From a virus, in IMG/VR virus record IMGVR_UViG_3300035698_033253: a stretch of 36,816 nucleotides of DNA. One strand, 5' to 3'. The position numbers and the translations under genes were made by a program. Below, piece by piece: positions 24,625 through 33,369 of the stretch. Under the pieces are notes generated by a model that was not told where the DNA came from, ran no database searches, and worked only from the letters and a program-made list of their open reading frames with translations. Within the stretch, counting starts at the first letter, position 1. Each line of letters begins with the position of its first letter.

Positions 24625-25215
24625 ATGAGTAAATTAAGTCGAAGCGAAGCGGGTCGTTTAGGAGCCGAGAGAACTAAAGAAGTTTGGCGAGAAAGATATA
24701 GAAAGAATCCAAGTTTTTGCTATCATTGTAATAAGCAACTTCCTTATGAAAAAAGGAAGAATAAGTTTTGTAACCATTCTTGTTCTGCTTCTTATAATAA
24801 TTCTGTCGTGAACAGACGGAAAACCCCCAAGAGATATTGTTTTTATTGTTCGGGGGAGGTTAAGGGAAATGCTGTTAAATATTGTTCTATTTCTTGTTAT
24901 TTAAAACATTGTTGGGAAACGAGAAAGAAAATAATAGTTGAATCAGGGATGGTTAAGTCGCCTCGTATAGCCAAACGATATCTAACAGAGGAAAGGGGGC
25001 ATAGGTGTGAAAAATGTGGAATCACTGAATGGAATGGCGAAAAATTGGTAATGGTTTTGGATCATATAGATGGTAATTCGGATAATTGGAATCTTGATAA
25101 TTTAAGGTTACTTTGTTCAAATTGCGATTCGCAATTACCAACATATAAAAATCGTAATAAGGGCAATGGGCGTTATTGCCGCCGACAACGATACAAAAAA
25201 GGTAAAAGTTACTAA
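24625..25215 (+). CDS. HNH endonuclease (homing-endonuclease-like) embedded in the tRNA array
   Basis: AGGAGG leader. N-terminal Cys-rich Zn-binding region. HNH motif CEKCG...LDHIDGNSDNWNLDNLRLLCSNCD. Confidence 0.8.
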   Translation: MSKLSRSEAGRLGAERTKEVWRERYRKNPSFCYHCNKQLPYEKRKNKFCNHSCSASYNNSVVNRRKTPKRYCFYCSGEVKGNAVKYCSISCYLKHCWETRKKIIVESGMVKSPRIAKRYLTEERGHRCEKCGITEWNGEKLVMVLDHIDGNSDNWNLDNLRLLCSNCDSQLPTYKNRNKGNGRYCRRQRYKKGKSY

Positions 25216-25341
25216 ACCGATGGGTGTAAAATATCCAATTACTGCCCCGAACCGCAAATTTTGTAGTGATGGCACACCAAATCCGAATTACCGACCTGAA
25301 AGCAAACCGACATATCCGCCTGCACCACCCAAAAAGAAATC

Positions 25342-25887
25342 ATGACTTATAAATTAATTTTAGTTGAGACTGATGATTATTATGATCCTTACGATTACGA
25401 AGATGGTGGACATCCAGATCCACAACTAATAGTTCAAGAAGGAACTCTTAGTTCTATTTTGGCGGCAAAGAATTCGGAGTTGGCAACTGATTTTGGACAT
25501 GCTTTGAAGAAGTTGTTAGATGATAAGGATGAAAAAACAGTACAGGTATTAAAAAGTGCTGGTTGGGTAAATAAGGATACAGCTACCGCTCAGGAGAAGT
25601 TAGTTTTAAATAGGAAGTTTTGGTATGTTAGTCGTAATGGCGTTGTTGATTTTGACATAGATAATATGCCGACTAACACGATCCGTAATTTAGTCAATGA
25701 TGACACTAAAATCGGACAGGTTATTTCAAAGGCTTCTTTAAAGAAGTTGATGACTGAAGAACAGAGGGAAATATACGACAAAGAGAAAAAGAGATTGAAG
25801 ACCGCAGAAAAAATAGGGCTGCTACCAGAAAGAAGCGATTGTACGACCTTAAGAAGAAGCAGTTGGAAGAAGCCAGGAAAGTATTAA
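25342..25887 (+). CDS. hypothetical protein (181 aa), acidic N-terminus
   Basis: ATG ORF; no recognisable motifs. Confidence 0.5.
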   Translation: MTYKLILVETDDYYDPYDYEDGGHPDPQLIVQEGTLSSILAAKNSELATDFGHALKKLLDDKDEKTVQVLKSAGWVNKDTATAQEKLVLNRKFWYVSRNGVVDFDIDNMPTNTIRNLVNDDTKIGQVISKASLKKLMTEEQREIYDKEKKRLKTAEKIGLLPERSDCTTLRRSSWKKPGKY

Positions 25888-26094
25888 AAAAGGCTGGAGA
25901 ACTTTAATGGCAGTTGTTGCTCTTGTTGTTCTTGTTGCTTTTGTTGCTGTGGGATATGTGGCGATCTCAAGTTGGGGAAGAGATTCGGGTGAGGGAAAAG
26001 ATAGACACGTAACACCACCATGGAAAATTTAATGGAAAATTTAATGGGATATTCAACTGGTTTCCTTTAGTAAATTTTACTTAAGGAGACAAAA

Positions 26095-26289
26095 ATGTCG
26101 TATTTCAGTAATTGTTATCGTCGTCCCCACACTACACAGGAACGACGGGCTAACCAAGGTTGTAGTGATTTGTGGCGCACCAGAAGGAATAAGGCTAACT
26201 TGGTAGAAGCATGGGACGATCAACCTCGGTCTAACCAAAGACAAAGAAGTTGGAAGGATTATAGGAAAACGCAGTATAAGGGTTGGTAA
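26095..26289 (+). CDS. small basic hypothetical protein (64 aa)
   Basis: AGGAGACAAAAATG leader; Arg/Lys-rich. Confidence 0.3.
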   Translation: MSYFSNCYRRPHTTQERRANQGCSDLWRTRRNKANLVEAWDDQPRSNQRQRSWKDYRKTQYKGW

Positions 26290-26290
26290 G

Positions 26291-26494
26291 ATGAAACCAT
26301 ACGGAATGAACAGAATGCAGAGTGGCGATGATGATGTCGCTGGCTGTAAGTTTCATGGACGAGCTACCGGCGTCTATGCGTTGAATGGACGTAGCTACCG
26401 CAGCCTCCGAAATGGAAAGAAGGATAATTGTCGTCGCTGGATTAAGCGACAAGCAAGGAGTGAAGGAAAGAAACAGTGTAATGATTGTGGGTGA
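26291..26494 (+). CDS. small Cys-containing basic protein (67 aa); overlaps the alternative ORF 26385-26660
   Basis: C...C...C..C spacing; only one of the two overlapping frames is likely real. Confidence 0.25.
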   Translation: MKPYGMNRMQSGDDDVAGCKFHGRATGVYALNGRSYRSLRNGKKDNCRRWIKRQARSEGKKQCNDCG

Positions 26495-26660
26495 TAAAGT
26501 AAGATGTATTTCAGAAGACAACTTGTCTCATCGAGAAGGGATTATAATCGAGATAAGACAAGGGTTGGCTGAATTATTTATTGTTCGCTTTAGTGGTGTA
26601 ATTTACGAACAGTCATTCATATTTCATCGGCATGAATTGGAAAAAATAAGGAATAAATAA
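26385..26660 (+). CDS. small hypothetical protein (91 aa), alternative to the ORF at 26291-26494
   Basis: Overlapping frame; undecidable from sequence alone. Confidence 0.25.
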   Translation: MDVATAASEMERRIIVVAGLSDKQGVKERNSVMIVGDKVRCISEDNLSHREGIIIEIRQGLAELFIVRFSGVIYEQSFIFHRHELEKIRNK

Positions 26661-26982
26661 ATGGATATTCACAAAATGTCGATTGCGGAAATTGAGACAG
26701 TTTTACGGAAGAAAAAAGAGGAATCCGCACCAATGGTGCAAAGGATGGCGCAAAGTACGATTTCAAAAAAGGACGGTAAGGCTCCAAACAAACAATTTCC
26801 ATACTCGCAATGTAAAGTCTGCACGGAGATGTAACGGAGCAGCTCAATAAGAAACGGCACTGGAACTTAATCTTCATGGTTGGGGAGTCTGTTTGCAAAA
26901 CAGATAGTAAGCAGATCGTAACTGCCCGGTGCCTCTGAAACTTAGTGTCAAATTTTAGAAAACTTCCTCTATGTAAAAGTTC

Positions 26983-27054
26983 GCGGACGTAACTCAGTGG
27001 TAGAGTGCTTGCTTGCCAAGCAAGTTGTCGTGGGTTCAATTCCCATCGTTCGCA
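26983..27054 (+). tRNA. tRNA-Gly (GCC)
   Basis: Acceptor GCGGACG/CGTTCGC, D-arm with AGTGGTAG, anticodon stem CTTGC/GCAAG with loop TTGCCAA, T-arm TGGGTTCAATTCCCA. Confidence 0.85.
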
Positions 27055-27056
27055 CT

Positions 27057-27143
27057 GTGTATGAGCCGAATAGTGGTTTGTCGGGCCTGGCTGTGAACCA
27101 GGAGGTCATTGAGATCATGCGGGTTCGATCCCCGTCATACACC
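27057..27143 (+). tRNA. tRNA-His (GTG) with an unusual 16-nt variable arm; 87 nt, C73, -1 is T
   Basis: Acceptor GTGTATG/CATACAC, D-stem CCGA/TCGG, anticodon stem CCTGG/CCAGG with loop CTGTGAA, variable hairpin GGTC-ATTGA-GATC, T-arm GCGGGTTCGATCCCCGT. Confidence 0.65.
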
Positions 27144-27153
27144 TAATATAATT

Positions 27154-27384
27154 ATGAAAACATCCGATCCTAATCGTTATCGAAATAAGAAACACTATGT
27201 GTCCGATATATGTGTCACAAGATTTCTTACTAAAGAAACAATGGAGACATTAACTACAGAGAGATTATTGGCATATCGTGATTCATTGCTTAAGAGGTGG
27301 GATGACATAAAGGATATGAAATTGTGGAATGAAACTTATCGAGATGTCAAAGATGTTTTAAATAAAAGAGAGCATATTAAATAA
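27154..27384 (+). CDS. hypothetical small protein (start moved to the first ATG after tRNA-His)
   Basis: ORF track start at 27109 is inside the tRNA at 27057-27143; ATG at 27154 gives MKTSDPNRY... Confidence 0.35.
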   Translation: MKTSDPNRYRNKKHYVSDICVTRFLTKETMETLTTERLLAYRDSLLKRWDDIKDMKLWNETYRDVKDVLNKREHIK

Positions 27385-27469
27385 TCCTGTAGCGAAATGG
27401 CATCGCGTGTTAGTGGATATTGGGTCATACCTTCCAGACAAGACGTAGGTTCGATTCCTACCAGGATTA
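27383..27469 (+). tRNA. tRNA-like element (87 nt), anticodon arm not foldable; possible pseudo-tRNA
   Basis: Perfect acceptor AATCCTG/CAGGATT, D-stem GCGA/TCGC and canonical T-arm GTAGGTTCGATTCCTAC, but no 5-bp/7-nt/5-bp anticodon arm in the 37 nt between. Confidence 0.35.
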
Positions 27470-27473
27470 CAAT

Positions 27474-27545
27474 GCTACTATAGTGTAATGGCAGCACGCA
27501 AATTTCGTAATTTTGCAGAGTCGGGTTCGATTCCCACATGTAGCT
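27474..27545 (+). tRNA. tRNA-like (72 nt), weak acceptor and T-stems; anticodon loop contains CGT
   Basis: D-arm GTG-TAATGGCAG-CAC and T-loop GGGTTCGATTCCC are present; acceptor has only 5 bp, anticodon stem has a U-U closing mismatch. Confidence 0.3.
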
Positions 27546-27564
27546 CTAATACATCGACAAAAAA

Positions 27565-28130
27565 TGGGAATTAAAATGGATTGGCTGTTTCCACTAAAGA
27601 TGAATAAATTGGGAGCAACTGTTGACTCAATGTCTTTTCAGAATATCGACATTACTTCAGAAGTTGAGATTCCTATTGAATCACATGTTGGGGCTTTTGG
27701 TGCTGAGCGCCGACATGATGTGCATAAAGGAGTCGATCTTTATTGTCCCGAAGGTACAGAAGTTTTTGCAGTAGAAGATGGGATATTGTGTCAGGTCAGA
27801 CCATTCACCGGAGAGGCTGTTAATCAACCTTGGTGGAATGACACCTGGGCTGTGTCTGTTGCGGGGGAAAGTGGTATTGTTGTATATGGTGAAATAGATG
27901 ATGTCGGCATATATGAAAAGACTGGCAAACGACTAATCGAGGTGCGGCGAGGTGATTTGATTGGGTGTGTAATGAGAGTATTAAAAAAAGATAAAGGACG
28001 CCCTACTTCCATGCTACATTTAGTTCTTCACAAACATGGAGTTCTTAGTAATGGTGTGTGGGAGATTGGAAAACCACAACCTGATGGTTTATTAGATCCG
28101 ACTCAGTTTTTATTGGAAAGTGAGACATGA
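27565..28130 (+). CDS. M23-family (LytM-like) metallopeptidase
   Basis: HDVHKGVDLYCPEGTEVFAVEDGIL (HxxxD zinc motif and Gly-rich strand) and downstream HLVLHKHG (second His motif). Start moved to the ATG after the tRNA-like gene; the ORF track start at 27513 lies inside the tRNA. Confidence 0.75.
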
Positions 28131-28328
28131 CTTTATACAGATGGGCATATACAAGTCAGTGTTGGTTTGCTCGTTGGTGGACAGGCTCCTAAGCCGCTTG
28201 TACAGCATCAGTATTTGATTGATGAAGCGGAGTTTGATATGCGTTTGGGTATTGATCCGACACCAATTTATGAAGCAGTTTATGAGAAATTAAAGCGAAT
28301 TTGATTGTGGTTGTCTCGAAGGTTTGAT

Positions 28329-28401
28329 TGGCCGGTAGCGTAATGGTTAACGCACAAGACTTTGAATCTTGGGATTGTAGGTTCGAGTCCTACTCGGCCA
28401 T
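28329..28401 (+). tRNA. tRNA-Gln (TTG), second copy
   Basis: U1-A72 acceptor TGGCCGG/TCGGCCA, D-arm GCGTAATGGTTAACGC, anticodon stem CAAGA/TCTTG with loop CTTTGAA, T-arm GTAGGTTCGAGTCCTAC; followed by a terminator. Confidence 0.8.
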
Positions 28402-28408
28402 CTAAAAA

Positions 28409-28434
28409 GCCCCCGTAAGGGAGGGGCTTTTTTT
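28409..28434 (+). terminator. rho-independent terminator after tRNA-Gln
   Basis: GCCCC-CGTAAGGGA-GGGGC followed by TTTTTTT. Confidence 0.8.
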
Positions 28435-28489
28435 AATTATTTCATACTCATACATAACAATAGGAAAAATTATTTTTAGGATCATCAAC

Positions 28490-29962
28490 ATGCTTAGAAT
28501 TTCAGCGATTGTCATAACTCACAACTACGCCAGATTTTTGGCAGATTGTTTACAGAGTATTATCACTCAATCTTTACCACCGGATGAAATTATAGTTGTT
28601 GATGATGCATCGACTGACAATCCAGAAACTATTGTTGATTCATTTCCAAACATAAAATATTATCGAGTAGATTTTTCCAACATTGGGGACACGCGTCGAT
28701 TTGCGATTAACAAAGCCAAGTTTGACATAGTGTGCATGGTTGATGCTGACGACATATTGCAATTCAATTATTTTGAATCGGGCATGAAATATTTTAACGA
28801 TTCGCGAGTAGGAATTGTTTATAGCGACTTGATATATTTTGGCGATCAGATTGGGATAGAGAGTTTTCCAGAAGACGTAACGGACATAGTAGCAAAAAAT
28901 CAAATACATGCAGGCGCATTAGTTAGGCGAGATGCTTTAATTGTTTCAGACGCCACGGACATGAATTTTAATGTAAATTGTTATGAAGATTGGATGATTT
29001 GGAAGAAGGTGCTATCTATTGGGTATTTAGCCAAGAAACAGCAAGCCAAGTATCTTTATCGCAAGCACAGTGACAGTAGAAGTGCTTTATTACTGAATGA
29101 TCGTCGAAGTACTTATCACATTGACACAAATTTAGTGGAAGATAAGTTAACTTTATTTATTCCTTTATCTGGCAGAAGAGATTGTTGGGAGAAGCAATCT
29201 TGTTTTCTTCAAGACCAAACTTGGTCCCATGACAAAATCAATTTAATTTTGTTAGACACAAGTCAAGATGATGAATTTTCTAAAACTGTGAGAGAATGGA
29301 TGTGGAACTCAGACTACTTAGATGTTCATTATTTAAAACGTGTTGTAGGACCAAAGGGGCTTGCTAACAGAGACAGAAAAAATCCAGAAACTCTACAAAA
29401 AATAAATTTTGCAATTTCTAGGATTTACAATGAGTTAAAGGCATTAGCTGCCACGGACTATATTTGGATTCTTGAAGATGACATTATACCACCGACAGAA
29501 GTTGCTAGAAATTTAGTTAGTAGGTTTGACACAGAAACCGTAGCTGTAGCAGCCCCATACAATCACCGATTCAAAAAGGATTCTGTTATTTATAAAAACG
29601 GACATTCGGTAAATAAGGGTGTGGGCATTTTAGCAGCAGACATTGCCGGGTTGGGTTGTGTGATTGTGAGGAGAAATTTATTAGATCGTTGTGTATTTTC
29701 TTCTTTAGAAGCAAACAAACAATTATTTTCAACTGTTGAAAAGCACGAGTATGTTAAGGTAGATTGGTCGCAATTTTGCGAACACCTTTCAACCGAGTTT
29801 TCGGACGAGAAGATCGCTCAAGACAATTTTGACGAAGAGTTTTATTTACAAATTAATCCCGACGTTCGTCGAGCAGTAAACAAGGGTAGGATAAAATCTG
29901 GTTTTGAGCATTGGAAAAAATACGGACGATCCGAAAACAGATTAATTCACAAAAAGGCATGA
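28490..29962 (+). CDS. two-domain glycosyltransferase (N-terminal GT2 domain, second GT-A-like domain)
   Basis: SAIVITHNYARFLADCLQSIITQSLPPDEIIVVDDASTDNPETIV (GT2 signature). C-terminal half has a second set LFIPLSGRRDCWEK...WILEDDIIPP...GCVIVRRNLLD. Confidence 0.8.
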   Translation: MLRISAIVITHNYARFLADCLQSIITQSLPPDEIIVVDDASTDNPETIVDSFPNIKYYRVDFSNIGDTRRFAINKAKFDIVCMVDADDILQFNYFESGMKYFNDSRVGIVYSDLIYFGDQIGIESFPEDVTDIVAKNQIHAGALVRRDALIVSDATDMNFNVNCYEDWMIWKKVLSIGYLAKKQQAKYLYRKHSDSRSALLLNDRRSTYHIDTNLVEDKLTLFIPLSGRRDCWEKQSCFLQDQTWSHDKINLILLDTSQDDEFSKTVREWMWNSDYLDVHYLKRVVGPKGLANRDRKNPETLQKINFAISRIYNELKALAATDYIWILEDDIIPPTEVARNLVSRFDTETVAVAAPYNHRFKKDSVIYKNGHSVNKGVGILAADIAGLGCVIVRRNLLDRCVFSSLEANKQLFSTVEKHEYVKVDWSQFCEHLSTEFSDEKIAQDNFDEEFYLQINPDVRRAVNKGRIKSGFEHWKKYGRSENRLIHKKA

Positions 29963-30525
29963 AACTTTCACAAGTCACATTGATAGGCGCTGACGATGTA
30001 GACCCGATTGGACTTTATTCTGTATTTGAATTATGTTTATCTTATTGTGAGTTTGGCGATGTTAAGTTGCTGACTAGCAAGAAAATTAGTCTACCTTTCA
30101 TTATAGAATGTTCGCCTCTTAGAAGTTTAGAAGAGTATTCTAAATTTTGCATTCAGCAGATGCATGAGTATGTCGATACTGAATTTTGTTTAATTGTACA
30201 ACGTGATGGTTACATTAGAAATCCATTGGCTTGGAAGGATGAATTTTTAGAATGGGATTATATTGGTGGAATTTTACCAACGGGCATTGTCGGCAACGGA
30301 GGGTTTTCACTTCGATCCAAGCGATTGTTAAAAATGATAAGTCAAATGATTGATTTGGGAGAAGATCCGTTGTCATATAACCCAGAAGACCAGATTATAT
30401 GCGGGTATTTTCGGCATGAGTTACAAGCAGCCGGTATAAAGTTTTGCCCACCCGAATTAGCTTCCCAATTCGCAATTGCCAACGGCACATGGAAAAATGA
30501 GTTTGGTTTCCACAAAGAGAAATGA
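29959..30525 (+). CDS. hypothetical protein (188 aa), translationally coupled to the glycosyltransferase
   Basis: ATG overlaps the GT stop (ATGA). The ORF track gives a longer 29911 start in the same frame. Confidence 0.5.
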   Translation: MKLSQVTLIGADDVDPIGLYSVFELCLSYCEFGDVKLLTSKKISLPFIIECSPLRSLEEYSKFCIQQMHEYVDTEFCLIVQRDGYIRNPLAWKDEFLEWDYIGGILPTGIVGNGGFSLRSKRLLKMISQMIDLGEDPLSYNPEDQIICGYFRHELQAAGIKFCPPELASQFAIANGTWKNEFGFHKEK

Positions 30526-30622
30526 TTTCTTTACAAATTTCTTTTTTTGGGGTATCATATCATAGTTATTAGTCTTTTTTTTGTACTCTGGAGAATGAAG
30601 TGGAATATCGAAAAAACGTGAT

Positions 30623-30916
30623 TTGTTGGCTGGTGCGGGACAACCAGTGTTAGATCCAAATTGGGAGCCGGATTATGAAGCAGATTATGGTGAAGAAGGT
30701 GAAGAAGGTGAAGAAGGTGAAGAAGGTGGAAATGTAGAGGTAGTTTTGATATTAGAGAAGAATGCAAAAATTAGTTGTCGAGGCTTTGGCGTGGGATTTA
30801 CGAGCGATCATTGGCTTCTGATTCAAGAGGAAGGGGAGACAGAAGTCTGGGCGATATACAATGAACCACAAGACGTAACAATAAATCAACAAAACATTGT
30901 TTTGATGGTTAATTGA
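30623..30916 (+). CDS. small acidic protein with (GEE)n repeat
   Basis: The 9-bp repeat GGTGAAGAA x4 encodes EEGEEGEEGEEG. Confidence 0.35.
   Translation: MLAGAGQPVLDPNWEPDYEADYGEEGEEGEEGEEGGNVEVVLILEKNAKISCRGFGVGFTSDHWLLIQEEGETEVWAIYNEPQDVTINQQNIVLMVN
30689..30730 (+). repeat. 9-bp tandem repeat GGTGAAGAA x4 (encodes GEE repeats)
   Basis: Perfect copies inside the ORF at 30623-30916. Confidence 0.9.
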
Positions 30917-31299
30917 ACATGACAGATAAAGAAAAACTCATCATCCTTTATCAGAAAATGTACGAATTGACAGAACCGGAATGCACTAATAATTGTCGCA
31001 TTCCCAGGAGTTGCTGTGCCACAGAACATTGTAAAATGGCAATTGAGGCAGCTAAAGATTTTTGGGATGTAGACTTGGAGCCATTACAAACAGATCATCC
31101 GACAATTCCTTTTATGGGGAAGGATGGTTGTGTAATAGAGCCACACCTGAGACCTCATTGTACTGTTCACACTTGTGATATCAATGCTTTTGGATGCAAG
31201 ATGCGCCCGGCTCCGGACCCAGAGTGGGATAAAAAGTATTATAATCTCCGAGATGAAATATCGGAGATTGAGGACAAAATTTTGCGGAAAAGGATATAG
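30913..31299 (+). CDS. Cys-rich hypothetical protein (128 aa)
   Basis: Cysteines in CTNNC...CC...HC...C..C...C arrangement; start overlaps the previous stop. Confidence 0.45.
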   Translation: MNMTDKEKLIILYQKMYELTEPECTNNCRIPRSCCATEHCKMAIEAAKDFWDVDLEPLQTDHPTIPFMGKDGCVIEPHLRPHCTVHTCDINAFGCKMRPAPDPEWDKKYYNLRDEISEIEDKILRKRI

Positions 31300-31300
31300 A

Positions 31301-32011
31301 TTGTCTAAAATAAGCACCGCTATAAAAAATGCCACATCGGGTTTGCGCGTGGTGTGGAAAGGTCAGGTGTCTGATCTACCTATTCCGTCTTCTCCCATTA
31401 TAATGGCTAGGTGTTTTGGCGGTTGTAATGAGTGGACGGCAAATCAACGTGCTAGGTTATCGGGAGAGATGATTATTTTAGAATCTCGTCCACTTGTCAG
31501 AACCAGAAAAGTTATAACTTCTTATTCTAATATGAAAGGGATTTGTGAATGCGAAAGATTGGCTATTCCTTATGTGCAATATTTTGTACATGATAATAGT
31601 TATTGGCCTCTTGATTCTCATTTTAATGGCGTGCTTCATATTGGTTTTCGCAATTCTCCTCTTCCACAAAAATTCGAAAAAGAAAGTGTTTGGATTCCTC
31701 CTTTTTCTAGCATTGATTCCCATCACAATGTTTGTTTGGGAAAAATTGGAAGCAGGGAAGGAGATATTGAAGAATGGTCAAAATATATTGTGGGTTCTTT
31801 TTGGCAAACAACGTTCAGTAGAGATTGGAGTGCTGAAAGGATTTTAATTAAACATACTTCTCTTAGAAGTTTTAAAAATTGGAATAAACGTTCTAAAACT
31901 GAAAATTTGTCTTTTATTACTAAAATAAAATGGCCGGCCAAAACGCCAATTTATGATATTTTTGGTAATTTAAAAACATCTAAAGGACGCCCATGTTGTT
32001 TACACTCTTAA
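31301..32011 (+). CDS. hypothetical protein, member 2 of the 3-paralog family (probable TTG start)
   Basis: Shares VVWKG, IILESRP, LAIPYVQYFVHDN, NSPLP, VWIPPF, VCLG and IKWP blocks with 35128-35961 and 10860-11810. The frame reopens immediately after the previous stop; the ORF track start at 31175 overlaps the upstream gene. Confidence 0.5.
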   Translation: MSKISTAIKNATSGLRVVWKGQVSDLPIPSSPIIMARCFGGCNEWTANQRARLSGEMIILESRPLVRTRKVITSYSNMKGICECERLAIPYVQYFVHDNSYWPLDSHFNGVLHIGFRNSPLPQKFEKESVWIPPFSSIDSHHNVCLGKIGSREGDIEEWSKYIVGSFWQTTFSRDWSAERILIKHTSLRSFKNWNKRSKTENLSFITKIKWPAKTPIYDIFGNLKTSKGRPCCLHS

Positions 32012-32793
32012 ATAGATCCCCATTTTTCGTTTAAATTAGCTATAGTTTTATTGGCTGCGAGATTGTTTTTAATTCGTTGCGTGGTTTTATTGGTATGTTC
32101 TCTTAGTTGTTGGTCTGCATCATCTGAAAATCCGGGTAAGCGTTTTGCTCGTTCGTAATTAGAATGTTCTAAGGTTCTTAAAAAACCCAATGGGCAATCT
32201 ATTAATTTTATATCAAAATGCTGAGCGGCGCGTTTTGCTAAGTCGGTATCTTCTCCACTCCAGGTGGTAAGTCTTTCATCATATCCATTAATGGCGTAGA
32301 AGTGTTTTTTCTTAAGGGCTATTCTTCCATAAGTTCCCACATGGTTGTTTACATCGGAGCCTCTGGATCTCATTACCACATCTTGTTGAAATAATTCATT
32401 AAGATATTCAGCGAACCCAGGAACGACAAAATTATCGGCATCTATATTACAAAGAATATCTCCAGTAGCTAATTTGTGGGATAAATTTTTGGCGTGTGCG
32501 GGAAGCCAATGGGTTGGTTTTGTGGTTTTTTGGTATATAACTAATCCTTCTTTGATTAACGATTGGAGGTTGTTTTTTACCCACTTATCCAATTCATCAT
32601 TGCTGTTATAGTTTATTAGGGTGAATTCACGGTATGGATAGGATTGGCTTTTTTTGATGTTTTTGAGCAAGGTTTGCTTAATGTGGTGCAATCGCCCCAT
32701 ACAGGTGGTGCAAAAGGATATTTTACGATAACAGTCAATTTCTTGGGGTTTTTTTACTAACAATTTCACAATGTATAAGAGTATATTGTCCAT
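32008..32793 (-). CDS. GT-A fold glycosyltransferase (GT2/GT7-like)
   Basis: ISFCTTCMGRLHHIKQTL...FTLINYNSND, DxD-type CNIDADNFV and a WSGEDTDL motif resembling the galactosyltransferase-family GGEDDD loop. Confidence 0.65.
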   Translation of the reverse strand: MDNILLYIVKLLVKKPQEIDCYRKISFCTTCMGRLHHIKQTLLKNIKKSQSYPYREFTLINYNSNDELDKWVKNNLQSLIKEGLVIYQKTTKPTHWLPAHAKNLSHKLATGDILCNIDADNFVVPGFAEYLNELFQQDVVMRSRGSDVNNHVGTYGRIALKKKHFYAINGYDERLTTWSGEDTDLAKRAAQHFDIKLIDCPLGFLRTLEHSNYERAKRLPGFSDDADQQLREHTNKTTQRIKNNLAANKTIANLNEKWGSI

Positions 32794-32933
32794 CGGATGG
32801 GGTTGATTTGTTTTGGAATTCTGCTATATTGTTGGTGGGTTGGTTTTACTGTTGGGTGAGGTTTTAGACCGAACGAGCAGATGGTAATATTAAAAATTTA
32901 AAGATTTAAGTTTAAAATTTAGTGAAGTTTTAC

Positions 32934-32970
32934 CGGCGAAAGGTTCCTGCCGGGCCAACCTGTTTTTTTA
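32934..32970 (+). terminator. terminator-like hairpin with U-tract in a divergent intergenic region
   Basis: CCGGC-GAAAGGTTCCT-GCCGG...CTGTTTTTTT. Confidence 0.5.
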
Positions 32971-33093
32971 TTTTGGAGAAAAAATGCTCCACATGCCAGA
33001 GGAAGAAGTTAATTGGTTATTGCTCCGGGTTCAAAGTTGCAACCAAATAAAAAATTAGCAAAGGCAAAAAAGACTAGCTAATTTTGATGGTTT

Positions 33094-33345
33094 TTGAGGG
33101 AGAGGGATATGGAATTGGTAAGTATTTCGAAGGATCGTAGTGGAAAACTTATTTTAGAAACTTGTGATGTGGAAAAAAGTCGAGCCAGAGAACTAAGAAA
33201 GTCAGCAGTTATTTCCGATAATGAATTGCAGAAGAGAATTAAAATAGAACAAAGTCATGATTCTGAAGTTGTAGTAGCAACAGATAAACGCGACAAACGC
33301 AAACACAATTACTATAAAACAATTGATTTTTCACGTAAGGATTAA
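33094..33345 (+). CDS. hypothetical small protein (83 aa)
   Basis: GAGGGAGAGGGATATG leader; Lys/Arg/Asp-rich. Confidence 0.35.
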   Translation: MRERDMELVSISKDRSGKLILETCDVEKSRARELRKSAVISDNELQKRIKIEQSHDSEVVVATDKRDKRKHNYYKTIDFSRKD

Positions 33346-33369
33346 AAATATAGCGTAGTTTGTGATGCG

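Noticed and set aside
26617-27039. 140-aa minus-strand ORF overlapping tRNA-Gly
   Set aside because: It overlaps a canonical tRNA and an intergenic hairpin region, with no start context. Spurious.
30555-30767. Minus-strand ORF encoding HLLHLLHLLHLL
   Set aside because: It is the antisense reading of the GGTGAAGAA tandem repeat, and the + frame (EEGEEG) belongs to a contiguous ORF.
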